Positions 35,489 to 45,477 of a DNA stretch of 64,000 nucleotides are shown here, one piece after another. The notes beneath the pieces are model-generated. The model saw only the letters and a program-made list of their open reading frames with translations. It was not told the DNA's origin and searched no databases. The DNA lies in contig JAXDQS010000003.1 of NCBI GenBank assembly GCA_034667725.1, positions 320,001 through 384,000 on the forward strand, given 5' to 3'. Every line of letters begins with the position of its first letter. The stretch's first letter is position 1. A program made the position numbers and the translations under genes. This DNA comes from Thermoplasmata archaeon. GTDB taxonomy: Archaea; Thermoplasmatota; E2; JACPAO01; JAHFTW01.

Positions 35489-35570
35489 CGCTGGTTTTCA
35501 GGGTGGAGCTTCGCTTAAGGCTTGGCGGTGGGGGCGGCGGGTTCATGAGGTCCCCCGCCCCCTTGGGAGC

Positions 35571-36341
35571 GTGCGCCTGCCCGCCTTCCTCGCGCTGCTC
35601 CTGCTGGCCGGCTGCCTGTCGCCGCCGCCTGCGGACGACTGGAGGCCGATGGCCTGCGCCGGGGGCACCGAGCGCTCCGCCAACGCGTCGCTGGCGGCGT
35701 TCTGGGCGGGCTCCCCCGAGACGGTCGCGCGCCGGGTGGGCGACGCCTTGGACGAGCCCGTGCGCGCCCGCGCCGAGGCGAGCGGGTGGGCGTGGACGAC
35801 GCCGCACGGCACCATCCGGGTCGAGCCCGAGGTGCCGATGGTGTCGTTCTTCGGCACCGGCGAGGCGTGGCTCGACGCGGCGCGGATGCAGCGGGCCTTG
35901 GAGCGGCTGGGCGTCTGGGACGAGGTGGCCGCCGAGCCCGACGGCGACTGGTCGACGACGTACCTCCAGCGTTGGGCGGGCGCCGCCGTCGCGCGGGCGT
36001 CGTTTTCGAGCACGCCGGACCACGTGAGCGAGGGCGCGGGCTACGGCACCTTCACGGACATGAACCTCGGCGACCTGCGCGACCTGTCCGGCGCCGCCGC
36101 CCGCCTGACGCGCGCCGAGGCCGAGGCGAAGGCGGCGGCGTTCGTGGCGTGCCGCGGCGACTGGCCGCAGGCGGCCTTGCAGCATGGCGGCGGCTTCGAC
36201 GTGGCGGCCGACTCGCTGGCGCACCGCGTCACGTACGGCTACCCGACGCCGGACGAGCACTGCACGACGTCGTACGTCGACGTGCTCGTGGACGCGATGA
36301 CGGGGACCGTGCTGGCGGCCGAGCCGAGCCTGTGCGCCTGA
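35571..36341 (+). CDS. Lipoprotein with C-terminal PepSY-like segment
   Basis: LLLLAGC lipobox; LT..EA...A and VLVDAMTG.VL. Confidence 0.7.
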   Translation: MRLPAFLALLLLAGCLSPPPADDWRPMACAGGTERSANASLAAFWAGSPETVARRVGDALDEPVRARAEASGWAWTTPHGTIRVEPEVPMVSFFGTGEAWLDAARMQRALERLGVWDEVAAEPDGDWSTTYLQRWAGAAVARASFSSTPDHVSEGAGYGTFTDMNLGDLRDLSGAAARLTRAEAEAKAAAFVACRGDWPQAALQHGGGFDVAADSLAHRVTYGYPTPDEHCTTSYVDVLVDAMTGTVLAAEPSLCA

Positions 36342-37910
36342 TCAGAGGCCGAGCAGGCTCGCGGCCGCCTTGAACGAGGCGTCCATGAACGGCTGCGGCC
36401 AGACGCCCATCACGACGATGGCGACCGCGCACACCAGCACCGCGGCCATGACGCCGACGGGCGCGTCGAGGCGGCCGGGCTCGCCTTCCTCGACCCACAT
36501 CGCGCGCATGACGCGGAGATAGTAGTACAGCGAGATGGCGGAGTTGACGACGGCCGCGATGGCGATCCAGAGCAGCCAGCCCATCTGGTGGGTGGTGGCG
36601 GCGTCGACGGCGCCCGAGAACAGCACGAGCTTGCTCTGGAAGCCGCCGAGCGGGGGCAGGCCGGCCATCGACAGCAGGAACAGCGTCATGCAGAACGCCA
36701 GCACGGGAGCGCGCCGGCCGAGGCCGCGCCAGCCTTCGACGGTGTCGGGGACGCCGGCGAACAGCACGGCACCCACCACGAGGAAGGCGCCGAGCTTCAT
36801 GGCGGCGTTCGTCATGAGGTGGAAGTAGCCGCCGCCGAGGGCGAACACGGCGGTCGAGGCGCCGGGGCCGACGCCGCCCGCCATGGCGCCCACCACGATG
36901 GGGGCGATGAGGAGGTAGCCGGCCTGGGCGATGGCGGAGTAGGCCAGCATGCGGCGCAGGTTGGTCTGCTGGAGGGCGACCAGGTTGCCGAAGAACATGC
37001 TCGCCAGTGCTACCAAAGCCAATGCGTATTGCCAGTCGCTGGCGCTGCCGACGAGGCCGACGAGGAAGACGTTGAAGACGGCGGCGAAGCCCATCGCCTT
37101 GCTGCCGGCGGCGAGCATCCCGGCGACGGGGACGGGGGCGCCGGAGTAGACGTCGGGGGCCCAGGCGTGGAACGGCACGCTGCTGATCTTGAAGCCGAGG
37201 CCGGCCAGCACCAAGACGGTGGCCATGAGGCTGATGCCGGCGAACGGGCCGCCCGAGAACGCGGCGCCGGTGAGCGACGAGATGTGGGTGGTGCCGGCGA
37301 TGCCGTAGAGCAGGCTGACGCCGAACAGCAAGAGGCCGCTGGAGACGGCGCCGACGGTGAAGTACTTCAGGCTGGCCTCGGCGCCGACGCGGTCGCGCCG
37401 GAAGCCGGCCAGGAGGTAGCTGCACATGCTGGCCATCTCGATGCCGAGCACCAGGACGATGAGGTCGGTGGCGGAGGCGACGACCATCATGCCGAGGGTG
37501 GCGAACAGGATGAGGCTGCAGAACTCGCCCCAGTCCTCCTCGGCCCTGCCCCGAAGGGGGCGGCCGACGCCGAGGATGGCGACGAAGGCGACGGCGAGCA
37601 CGATGAGCTTCAGCAGCTGGCTGGCATACGTGACCTGGTATGCGTTCCACAGGGTGACGCCGATGCCGACCATCGAGAACTCGCGCTCGACGACGGGGAT
37701 GGTGAAGTGCCAGTCCAGCAGGCTTCCGAGCGTCATGAGGATGGCGCCGCCGAGGCCGAACAGGGTGAAGTTGCGCATGCCGCGGCGGTCGTTGTCCGAG
37801 AGCGCGACGAGCGGGGCCAGGAGGCCGAACAGCAGCAGGATGAGCTCGGGGACCAGGCCTTGCAGGCTGACGCCGTTGACCATGTCGCCGACCCAGGAGA
37901 AGTCGACCAT
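36342..37910 (-). CDS. nuoN: NADH-quinone oxidoreductase-like subunit N
   Basis: EASLKYF, FKISSVPFHAWAPDVY.GAP, RRMLAYSAIAQAGY, SMAGLPP. Confidence 0.95.
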   Translation of the reverse strand: MVDFSWVGDMVNGVSLQGLVPELILLLFGLLAPLVALSDNDRRGMRNFTLFGLGGAILMTLGSLLDWHFTIPVVEREFSMVGIGVTLWNAYQVTYASQLLKLIVLAVAFVAILGVGRPLRGRAEEDWGEFCSLILFATLGMMVVASATDLIVLVLGIEMASMCSYLLAGFRRDRVGAEASLKYFTVGAVSSGLLLFGVSLLYGIAGTTHISSLTGAAFSGGPFAGISLMATVLVLAGLGFKISSVPFHAWAPDVYSGAPVPVAGMLAAGSKAMGFAAVFNVFLVGLVGSASDWQYALALVALASMFFGNLVALQQTNLRRMLAYSAIAQAGYLLIAPIVVGAMAGGVGPGASTAVFALGGGYFHLMTNAAMKLGAFLVVGAVLFAGVPDTVEGWRGLGRRAPVLAFCMTLFLLSMAGLPPLGGFQSKLVLFSGAVDAATTHQMGWLLWIAIAAVVNSAISLYYYLRVMRAMWVEEGEPGRLDAPVGVMAAVLVCAVAIVVMGVWPQPFMDASFKAAASLLGL

Positions 37911-39443
37911 CTAAGTGCCTCCGAGGAAGGCCAGGAGGCCCAAGGTCCAGTCGTTCATCTGGCCCATCAAGAGGCCGGGCAGGATGCCGAACAGCAGAGC
38001 CAGCAGGATGAGGGCGACCATGGCCCACTGCTCGGTGCGCGGGACGTCGTGGATGTGGTGCCAGTCGACGTCGGGGTGGCGGCGCTCGGGGCCGTAGAAC
38101 GCGCGCTGGAGGGCCCAGAGGTAGTAGCCGGCGGTGACGAGGATGCTCCAGATGGGCAGCAGGATCCACCAGCCGAACGCCTGCCAGACGCCGGCGAAGA
38201 TGGTGAACTCGGCGATGAAGCCCATCAGGCCGGGCAGGCCGAGGCTGGCCAGGAACAGCGTGGCGGTGAGGCCGGTGAGCTTCGGCACCGTGGCGCCGAC
38301 GCCGCCGAGCCGGGACACCAGGCGGGTGCCGGTGGCGTGCTGGAGGGAGCCGGCGGCCATGAACATCCCGGCGCTGATGACGCCGTGGGCGATGTTCATG
38401 TAGGCGGCGCCCGCGAGGCCGAGCGGCGTCATGGTGGCGAGCGCGATGGTGATCATGCCCATGTGCGAGACCGACGAGTAGGCGATCAGGCTCTTCATGT
38501 CGTCCTGGGCGAGGCAGAGGAAGGCGCCGTAGAGGACGGACACGGTGCCGAGGACGAAGAACAGCCACTGGTAGGACCAGCCGAACGCGAACAGGCCGAG
38601 GTCCACCGTGTGCATCAGGGTGAAGGCGTCGCCGAACATCGGGATGGCGATGCGCATCAGGCCGTAGCTGCCCATCTTCAGCAGCACTCCGGCCAAGAGG
38701 ACGGAGCCGGCGGTGGGGGCCTGGACGTGGGCGTCGGGGAGCCAGGTATGGAACGGCGCGCTCGGCATCTTGACGAGGAAGCCGAGGGCCAAGAGGCCGA
38801 ACGCGATGGCGGCGAAGTCGGCGGCGAGGGCCGCGTGCTGGAACTGCGCGACGATGGTGGGGATGCTCCAGGTGCCGCCGGCGGCGAACGCGACCGCCAT
38901 GAAGCCGACCAGCATCACCAGCGAGGCGGCGCCGGTGTAGACGAAGAACTTGGTGCTGGCGTACTTCCGGTTGGGCCCGCCCCAGACCGCGATGAGGAAG
39001 TACATCGGGATCAGGACGAACTCCCAGAAGACGTAGAACAGCAGCAGGTCGAGCGCGGAGAACACGCCCATGACGCTGGCGTTCAGGAGCAGGATGAGGC
39101 TGTAGAACATCTTGGGCTTGTGCGCCTCGTTCCACGAGTACAGGATGACAAGCGGCGTCAGGAGCGCGGTCAGCCAGGCCAGCGAGGCGCTGAGGCCGTC
39201 GACGCCGAACTCCAGGTTGGCGTTGATGGCGGGGATCCAGGCCCACTTGACATGGTCGATGTAGCCGCCGCCTCCGCCGATGCCGGCCTGCCAGAACAGC
39301 ACGGAGGTGATGGCAAGTGCTGGGGCGCAGAACGCCAACGCGACGAGGCGGCTGGTGCGGGCGGAGGCGCGGGCGGTCGCCAGGGCCCCGACCAGGGTGG
39401 TGGCGATCGCGATGGGCATGAGGCCGTCGATCATGGCAGCCAC
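37911..39443 (-). CDS. nuoM: Subunit M
   Basis: FYVFWE..LIPMY, PFHTWLPDAHVQAP, LLKMG.YG, IAYSSVSHMG; start 39443 or 39434. Confidence 0.95.
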   Translation of the reverse strand: MAAMIDGLMPIAIATTLVGALATARASARTSRLVALAFCAPALAITSVLFWQAGIGGGGGYIDHVKWAWIPAINANLEFGVDGLSASLAWLTALLTPLVILYSWNEAHKPKMFYSLILLLNASVMGVFSALDLLLFYVFWEFVLIPMYFLIAVWGGPNRKYASTKFFVYTGAASLVMLVGFMAVAFAAGGTWSIPTIVAQFQHAALAADFAAIAFGLLALGFLVKMPSAPFHTWLPDAHVQAPTAGSVLLAGVLLKMGSYGLMRIAIPMFGDAFTLMHTVDLGLFAFGWSYQWLFFVLGTVSVLYGAFLCLAQDDMKSLIAYSSVSHMGMITIALATMTPLGLAGAAYMNIAHGVISAGMFMAAGSLQHATGTRLVSRLGGVGATVPKLTGLTATLFLASLGLPGLMGFIAEFTIFAGVWQAFGWWILLPIWSILVTAGYYLWALQRAFYGPERRHPDVDWHHIHDVPRTEQWAMVALILLALLFGILPGLLMGQMNDWTLGLLAFLGGT

Positions 39444-41449
39444 CCCAGGCGCGGGAGGACTTGGCTCACGAACAGGAGGAGCACGGTGAGGCCGACGGCG
39501 ACGCTTGCGACGTAGGTGGTGAGGCGGCCGTCCTGCCAGCGGCGGGCGCGGGCGCCGGCGTTGTCGGTGCGGTGGGCGATGCCGTTGACGGCGCCGTCGA
39601 TGCCCTTGCGGTCGAACCAGTCGCTGAGGCGGGCGATGCCGTAGGCGACCGTGTTGCCGAGCGGGTTGTAGATGCCCTGCGTCACGTAGTAGCGGTTGTA
39701 GAGGAGGCCGCGCCAGCCGCGGGTCGGCGTCTCCTCCTCGCTGCGCGGGAGGCCCTTGCGGTAGCGGGCGCGCGCCACCAGGATGCCCGTGACGGCGACG
39801 CCGAGGCTGAGGTAGGTGAGCGGGCTCGCCAGGATGTGGCCCAAGGTGTAGCCGGGGTCGTGGACGAGGTGGACGCCTTCATGCTCGAAGGCGACGAGGG
39901 GCTGGGCGATGAGCTCTCCAAAGCCGCCGGCGAAGCTTGTGACCAGCCACAGGCCGGCGATGGCGGCGAAGACGGCGAGGACCATGAGCGGGACCGTCAT
40001 GACGGCGGGCGACTCGTGGGCGTGCTCGGCGGATTCCGTGCGGGGCCGGCCGTAGAAGGCGAGCCACATCATGCGGAACATGTAGAACGCGGTCAGCCCG
40101 GCGGTCAGGATGCCCATGGCCCACAGCAGCGTGAACATGGGGTTGAGGTGGCCGGCCTCGAAGGCGGTGCTGAGGACCTCGTCCTTCGACCAGAAGCCGC
40201 TCAGGGGGATGATGCCCGCGATCGCGAGCGAGCCGATGAGCATGGTGGCGTGCGTGGTGGGCATGTGCTTGCGCAGGCCGCCCATCTCGCGCAGGTCCTG
40301 GTGGTGGTGCATCCCGAGGATGACCGAGGCGCTGCCCAGGAACAGGAGGGCCTTGAAGAAGGCGTGGTTCATCAGGTGCAGCAGGGCGGCGACGAAGCCG
40401 AGGGCGCTGCCGGTGTGCATGAACAGGACGCCGCCGGCGCCGAGGGCGAGGAACATGTAGCCAAGCTGCGACAGCGTGGAGAACGCCAGCACGCGCTTGA
40501 TGTCGGTCGCGACCAGGGCCATGGTGGCGGTGTAGAGGGCGGTGATGCCGCCGACCAGGCCGACCAGCAGGAACAGCGAGTCGCCGCTGGCGAACAGCAG
40601 CGGCCAGGAGCGGGCGACGAGGTAGACGCCGGCCTTGACCATGGTGGCGGCATGGATGAGCGCCGAGACGGTGGTGGGGCCTTCCATGGCGTCGGGCAGC
40701 CACAGGTCGAGCGGGAACTGGGCGGACTTGCCGACGGCGCCGAAGAAGATGAACAGGCCCGCGAAGAACGCCTCGGACTGGTGGGCGGCGAGGTCCATGG
40801 CGAACAGCTCGCGGTAGCTGAAGGTGCCGAACGTGGTCGCCAGGATGATGATGCCCAAAAACAGGAAGATGTCGCCGAGGCGGGTGGTCAGAAACGCCTT
40901 CTTGGCGGCGCTCGCGGCGCTGGCCTTGTGGTACCAGTAGCCGATGAGGAGGTACGAGCACAGGCCCATGACCTCCCAGAAGATGAACATCAGGAGGTAG
41001 TTGTCCATCACGACGGTGCCGAGCATCCCCGCGACGAACAGTGCCTTGACGGCGTAGTAGCGGCGGAGCTTGCTGTCCGGCTCGTCGGCCAGGTAGCCCG
41101 TCGAGAACACGATGATGAGGAACGAGAGCAGGCTGACCAGGGTCATCAGCCAGACGCTGAGGTTGTCCAGCAGGAAGCCGACGGTGAAGGTCATGTCGCC
41201 GACGACGAACCACTCCGTCTCCCATGCCATCGGCCCGCCGCCGCCGATCATGCGCAGGAAGAAGTAGAGGCTCGCGGCCAGGGAGCCGGCCACGGCCGCG
41301 ATGGGCAGCAGGGCGCCGCCGCGCCACATGCGCTTGCCGACGAGGAAGGTGATGGCGGCGGCCGCGATGGGCAGCAGCGGGATGGCGATGGCGAGCCAGA
41401 GCTCGGTGCCTGCCAGGTGCGCGATGTCGGCTGCGTGCTCGGTCGCCAA
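39431..41449 (-). CDS. nuoL: Subunit L
   Basis: WEVMGLCSYLLIG, GKSAQFPL..WLPDAMEGPTTVSALIHAATMV, HAFFKALLF. Confidence 0.95.
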   Translation of the reverse strand: MATEHAADIAHLAGTELWLAIAIPLLPIAAAAITFLVGKRMWRGGALLPIAAVAGSLAASLYFFLRMIGGGGPMAWETEWFVVGDMTFTVGFLLDNLSVWLMTLVSLLSFLIIVFSTGYLADEPDSKLRRYYAVKALFVAGMLGTVVMDNYLLMFIFWEVMGLCSYLLIGYWYHKASAASAAKKAFLTTRLGDIFLFLGIIILATTFGTFSYRELFAMDLAAHQSEAFFAGLFIFFGAVGKSAQFPLDLWLPDAMEGPTTVSALIHAATMVKAGVYLVARSWPLLFASGDSLFLLVGLVGGITALYTATMALVATDIKRVLAFSTLSQLGYMFLALGAGGVLFMHTGSALGFVAALLHLMNHAFFKALLFLGSASVILGMHHHQDLREMGGLRKHMPTTHATMLIGSLAIAGIIPLSGFWSKDEVLSTAFEAGHLNPMFTLLWAMGILTAGLTAFYMFRMMWLAFYGRPRTESAEHAHESPAVMTVPLMVLAVFAAIAGLWLVTSFAGGFGELIAQPLVAFEHEGVHLVHDPGYTLGHILASPLTYLSLGVAVTGILVARARYRKGLPRSEEETPTRGWRGLLYNRYYVTQGIYNPLGNTVAYGIARLSDWFDRKGIDGAVNGIAHRTDNAGARARRWQDGRLTTYVASVAVGLTVLLLFVSQVLPRLGWLP

Positions 41450-41450
41450 G

Positions 41451-41753
41451 TTACCACCTCAGCTGCGTGTTGGCGTTGACGTCCACGGTCTTGGCGTGGC
41501 GGTACAGGTGAATCAGGATGCCCAGGCCGACGGCGGCCTCGGCGGCGGCCAAGGCGATGCTGAACAGCGTCAGCACGAGGCCGTTGGGGTCGCCGTGGTA
41601 GTTGGCGAACGCGACGAAGTTGATGTTGGCGGCGTTCAGCACCAGCTCGACCGAGACCAAGACCCGGAGGGCGTTGCGCTGGGTGAGGAGGCCGAGGACG
41701 CCGATGGCCAGGAGGGCGGCGGCGAGGGTGACGCTCCAGGCGACGGGGATCAC
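41451..41753 (-). CDS. nuoK: Subunit K
   Basis: SVELVLNAAN, AAAEAAVGL; GTG overlapping nuoJ stop. Confidence 0.93.
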   Translation of the reverse strand: MIPVAWSVTLAAALLAIGVLGLLTQRNALRVLVSVELVLNAANINFVAFANYHGDPNGLVLTLFSIALAAAEAAVGLGILIHLYRHAKTVDVNANTQLRW

Positions 41754-42580
41754 TTGGGCACCTCCGAGACGCGCTGGGACTCGCGCACCTGCTCGGCGGT
41801 GACGCTCTGGTAGTGCGACTCGTCGGCCACGACGCCCATGGGGCGGGCGATGACGAGGGCGCCGATCATGACGGCGGTGAGCAGGATGCCGAGGACCTCG
41901 AGGGCGATGACCTGGGGGCCGAACATGACGGCGACGATGCCGTCGATGTCGTTGGCGGCGGCCTGGGTCGCCTCGGTGGCGCTGCCGGCCCAGGGGGCGA
42001 CCGCCATGGTGACGCCGACCATGAGGCCGAACAGGGCGGCCGCGACGGCGCCGCCCACGATGCGGCCCCAGGTCCAGGCGCGCAGGACGTGGTCGATGCC
42101 GATCCAGGCCACGATGGCGGCCACCACGACGGCGCCGAGGAACACGAGGCCCAAGACGAAGCCGAGGATCTCGCCGCCGACGCCGGGGACGCGGTTGTAG
42201 GCGACGTTGTAGGCGCGGTGGGCGTAGAGGAAGAACACGACGAGCGCCACGAGGGCGACGGCGATGCCGGCCATGGTGCTCCAGGCGCGGCTGCGCGGCG
42301 CCACGGTGGGCGGGATGGCCTCGGTGGCCTCGTCGCCGCTCACGAACATGACGGCGAAGATGAACAGCGTGAGGATGCCGCCGACGTAGACCAGGATTTG
42401 GATGACGCCGACGAGGGCGGAGCCGAGGAGGATGTAGAGCGCGGCGGCGGCCACCAGGGTGACGCCGAGGAACATGACGCTGTGGAAGGTGCGCTTGACC
42501 ATCGAGCTGGCCAAGGCGGAGGCAAGGAGGGTGAAGGCAATGGTGCCGAAGGCGATGGTCTCGCCGAGGTCGGGGCTCAT
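41750..42580 (-). CDS. nuoJ: Subunit J (long, with extra TM insertion)
   Basis: QILVYVGGI..LF.F.VM and LE...ILL...MIGA..IA. Confidence 0.9.
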   Translation of the reverse strand: MSPDLGETIAFGTIAFTLLASALASSMVKRTFHSVMFLGVTLVAAAALYILLGSALVGVIQILVYVGGILTLFIFAVMFVSGDEATEAIPPTVAPRSRAWSTMAGIAVALVALVVFFLYAHRAYNVAYNRVPGVGGEILGFVLGLVFLGAVVVAAIVAWIGIDHVLRAWTWGRIVGGAVAAALFGLMVGVTMAVAPWAGSATEATQAAANDIDGIVAVMFGPQVIALEVLGILLTAVMIGALVIARPMGVVADESHYQSVTAEQVRESQRVSEVPK

Positions 42581-42597
42581 GGAGCCGCCTCCTGGCG

Positions 42598-42662
42598 AAC
42601 CACGGATCGCCCGGATTCCACGGATGCACGGTCGTTCCGTGCGATCCGTGCAATCCGTGGTT
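42598..42662. repeat. Palindromic 9-nt-period element (CACGGAT/ATCCGTG) between nuoI and nuoJ
   Basis: AACCACGGATCGCCCGGATTCCACGGA ... TCCGTGCGATCCGTGCAATCCGTGGTT. Confidence 0.9.
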
Positions 42663-42680
42663 GGGCCACAAGGGCGAAGC

Positions 42681-43118
42681 TCACTTGTACGGCCCCCTGC
42701 CGAGCGAGGCCTCGTTCTGGCTGAGGCGGTCGGGCTTGTAGTCGAAGTCGCGCACGTAGGCGGCGGTCTCGAACTCCTTGCCCATGCGGATCGAGTCGGT
42801 GGGGCAGGCCTCCTCGCACAGCGAGCAGTACATGCACTTCGAGATCTCGACGGCGGGGAACTTCTTGCGCTTGTTCTGGGGCGTGTCGAAGCCGGGGTCG
42901 TAGTCGACCATGTAGCACGAGCCGTTGGGGCACGCTTGGGCGCAGAGGGTGCAGCCGATGCAGGTCTCGAGCTTGAGGTAGATGCGGCCGCGGAACCGGT
43001 CGGCGACGGGCCGCTTGTCCTCGGGGTACTCCACCGTCACGGGCTTCTTGAAGAAGTGCTGGAGGGTGACTCCCATGCCTTGCAGGATGGGGACGAGCGG
43101 GACCGGGTTGCGCACCAT
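42681..43118 (-). CDS. nuoI: Subunit I (2x[4Fe-4S])
   Basis: CIGCTLCAQACP and CMYCSLCEEACP. Confidence 0.95.
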   Translation of the reverse strand: MVRNPVPLVPILQGMGVTLQHFFKKPVTVEYPEDKRPVADRFRGRIYLKLETCIGCTLCAQACPNGSCYMVDYDPGFDTPQNKRKKFPAVEISKCMYCSLCEEACPTDSIRMGKEFETAAYVRDFDYKPDRLSQNEASLGRGPYK

Positions 43119-43119
43119 T

Positions 43120-44187
43120 TCACATCACTCCGGCCTTGACCAGGACGGCAACGAGCACGAAGTTCACGATCGAGAGGGGCAGCATGACCTTCCAGGCGAC
43201 GCTGAGGTACTGGTCGACGCGGACGCGGGGCAGGGTGACCCAGACCCAGAAGACCACGAAGCACATGAGAAGCGACTTGCCGAGGAACCACAGCACCGGC
43301 GTGAAGGGGCCGAGGAAGGTGTCGAGGGCGGGGACGGTGGCGCTGAAGGGGGCGTGCCAGCCGCCGAGGTAGAGCATGGTGATCATCGCGGAGACGAAGA
43401 ACACGTTCGAGAACAGCACGACGAAGAACATGCCGAAGCGCATGGCGCCGTATTCGGTGGTGAAGCCGGCGACCAGCTCGGACTCGGACTCGGCGAGGTC
43501 GGTGGGGACCAGGCCGGCCTTGGCGAGGGCGGTGATGAAGAAGATGACGAAGCCGATGATCTGGGGCAGGAAGAACCAGAGGTGGCCTTCCTGGGCGTTG
43601 ACGATGTCGAGGGTGCTGAGGCTGCTGGTCTGCAGGATGATGGCGGCGACGGCGAACACCATCGGGATCTCGTAGCTGACGTCGAGGGCGGCCGCGCGGA
43701 CGCCGCCGTAGAGCGAGTACTTGTTGTTGGAGCCCCAGCCGGCGAGGATCTCCGCGAGGGGGGCGATGGCGCCCATGGCGAGCACGAGAAGGATGCCGGT
43801 GCCGACGTTGGCGAACACGACGTCGCCGGACCAGGGGATGGGCGCCCAGGCCATGACGGTGAAGACGACGGCGACGTAGAGCGCCGCGGTCCAGGCCATC
43901 TTGTCGACGCGGGCGGGGCGGACGTCCTCCTTGCTGATCAGCTTGGCGCCGTCGGCGAGGAACTGGAAGATGCCTTGGGGGCCGACGCGGTTGGGGCCGG
44001 GGCGTTGGCCCATGCGGGCGAAGATGCGGCGGAACGCGAAGGTGAAGATGCCGCCGATCGAGAGGACCACGGTGAACAGCAGGACGGCGCCGATGAGGCT
44101 GGCCACGACGATGACGAACCATTCGGGCGGGGATTGCCAGCCGAGCGCCTGGAGGAGGCCGATGATCCAGTCCGTGAGAACGCCCAT
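43120..44187 (-). CDS. nuoH: Subunit H
   Basis: RPGPNRVGP.G..Q..ADG.KL..KE, SYEIP, DLAESESELVAG..TEY, LPRVR.DQ. Confidence 0.95.
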   Translation of the reverse strand: MGVLTDWIIGLLQALGWQSPPEWFVIVVASLIGAVLLFTVVLSIGGIFTFAFRRIFARMGQRPGPNRVGPQGIFQFLADGAKLISKEDVRPARVDKMAWTAALYVAVVFTVMAWAPIPWSGDVVFANVGTGILLVLAMGAIAPLAEILAGWGSNNKYSLYGGVRAAALDVSYEIPMVFAVAAIILQTSSLSTLDIVNAQEGHLWFFLPQIIGFVIFFITALAKAGLVPTDLAESESELVAGFTTEYGAMRFGMFFVVLFSNVFFVSAMITMLYLGGWHAPFSATVPALDTFLGPFTPVLWFLGKSLLMCFVVFWVWVTLPRVRVDQYLSVAWKVMLPLSIVNFVLVAVLVKAGVM

Positions 44188-44192
44188 TCAGG

Positions 44193-45380
44193 TCACCTGT
44201 CCACGTCGCCGAGCACGATGTCGATGGAGCCCAAGGTCGCGATCATGTCCGCGATTTTCTGGCCGCGCGCCATGAGGGGGAGGACCTGGAGGTTGGCGAA
44301 CGAGGGGGCGCGCACGTGGACGCGCACCGGGTTCTGCTTGCCGTCGCCGATGACGTGGCAGCCGTACTCGCCCTTCGGGTGCTCGGTGCGCGAGTAGGCC
44401 TCGCCTTTGGCCTTGATGCGCAGGATCTTGCCGCCGGCGTAGTCGGGGTTGAGGTGGAGGCCGTCGAGGTCGCGCTTCTCGAGGCGGTCGAGCACTTGGT
44501 CGAGGATGCGGCACGACTGGACCATCTCGGCCCAGCGGAGCTGGAGGCGGCCGTAGCAGTCGGACTGGTGCGTGGTGGGCACCTCGAAGTTGAGCCGCTT
44601 GTAGATGGAGTAGGGCGCGACCTTGCGGAGGTCATGGGCGACGCCGGTGGCCCGCAGCATCGGGCCCGTGATGCCCCAGTCGAGCGCCTGGTCGCGGGTG
44701 AGGGGGCCGGTGCCGGTGAGGCGGGACAGGATGATGTCGTTCTTCTTCAGGAGCTTCTCGTACATCGCGACCTGGCCGGGCATCCGGCGCACGAAGTCGC
44801 GGACGCGGGGCAGGAAGGTCGGGTCCTGCGGCAGGTCGTACTTGACGCCGCCGAAGCGCATGTAGTTGAAGGTGAGGCGGGCGCCGCACAATTCCTCCAT
44901 GAAGCCGAGGATCTCCTCGCGCTCCCGGAGGGCGTAGAACAGGGGCGTGATGGCGCCCAGGTCCAGCATGAAGGTGCCCATCCAGAACAGGTGGTTGGCG
45001 AGGCGGTTCAGCTCGACCGCGAGGACGCGGATGTGCTCGGCGCGCTCGGAGACGATCTGCTCGTCGGGGCCGCCCAAAAGCTGCTCGACGGCCAGGACGT
45101 AGCCGTGGTTGTTGGCCATGGCCGAGATGTAGTCCATCCGGTCGGTGAGCGGGATGAACTTGATCCAGTGCATGCCCTCCGCGAGCTTCTCCGAGCCGCG
45201 GTGCAGGTAGCCCAGGACGGGTTCGACGTCGACGACGATCTCGCCGTCCAAGAGGAGCTTGAGGCGGAGCACGCCGTGGGTGGACGGGTGCTGGGGGCCC
45301 ATGTTGAGGGTCATGAGCTGCGCCGTTGGGGCCGAGCCGTCGGGCATCCTGGGGTTGTTGAAGTCGACCTGGCCCATCAC
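44193..45380 (-). CDS. nuoD: Subunit D
   Basis: NMGPQHPSTHGVLRL, GYLHRGSEK, DRMDY, GPMLRATG, E.PKGE, D.VLGDVDR. Confidence 0.96.
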   Translation of the reverse strand: MMGQVDFNNPRMPDGSAPTAQLMTLNMGPQHPSTHGVLRLKLLLDGEIVVDVEPVLGYLHRGSEKLAEGMHWIKFIPLTDRMDYISAMANNHGYVLAVEQLLGGPDEQIVSERAEHIRVLAVELNRLANHLFWMGTFMLDLGAITPLFYALREREEILGFMEELCGARLTFNYMRFGGVKYDLPQDPTFLPRVRDFVRRMPGQVAMYEKLLKKNDIILSRLTGTGPLTRDQALDWGITGPMLRATGVAHDLRKVAPYSIYKRLNFEVPTTHQSDCYGRLQLRWAEMVQSCRILDQVLDRLEKRDLDGLHLNPDYAGGKILRIKAKGEAYSRTEHPKGEYGCHVIGDGKQNPVRVHVRAPSFANLQVLPLMARGQKIADMIATLGSIDIVLGDVDR

Positions 45381-45404
45381 GCCACGCTCCTGCGGGCGGA
45401 TGGG

Positions 45405-45457
45405 ACCACGGATTGCACGGAGGTCACGGTTCCGTGGAATCCGTGCGATCCGTGGTT
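45405..45457. repeat. Palindromic 9-nt-period element (CACGGA/TCCGTG) between nuoC and nuoD
   Basis: ACCACGGATTGCACGGAGGTCACGG-T-TCCGTGGAATCCGTGCGATCCGTGGTT. Confidence 0.9.
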
Positions 45458-45477
45458 GGGCCCGGTGAAAGCGAAGC

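Noticed and set aside
44193-45380. Group 4 [NiFe]-hydrogenase large subunit
   Set aside because: Lacks both CxxC Ni-binding motifs and has the quinone-site HPSTHG and DY motifs of NuoD.
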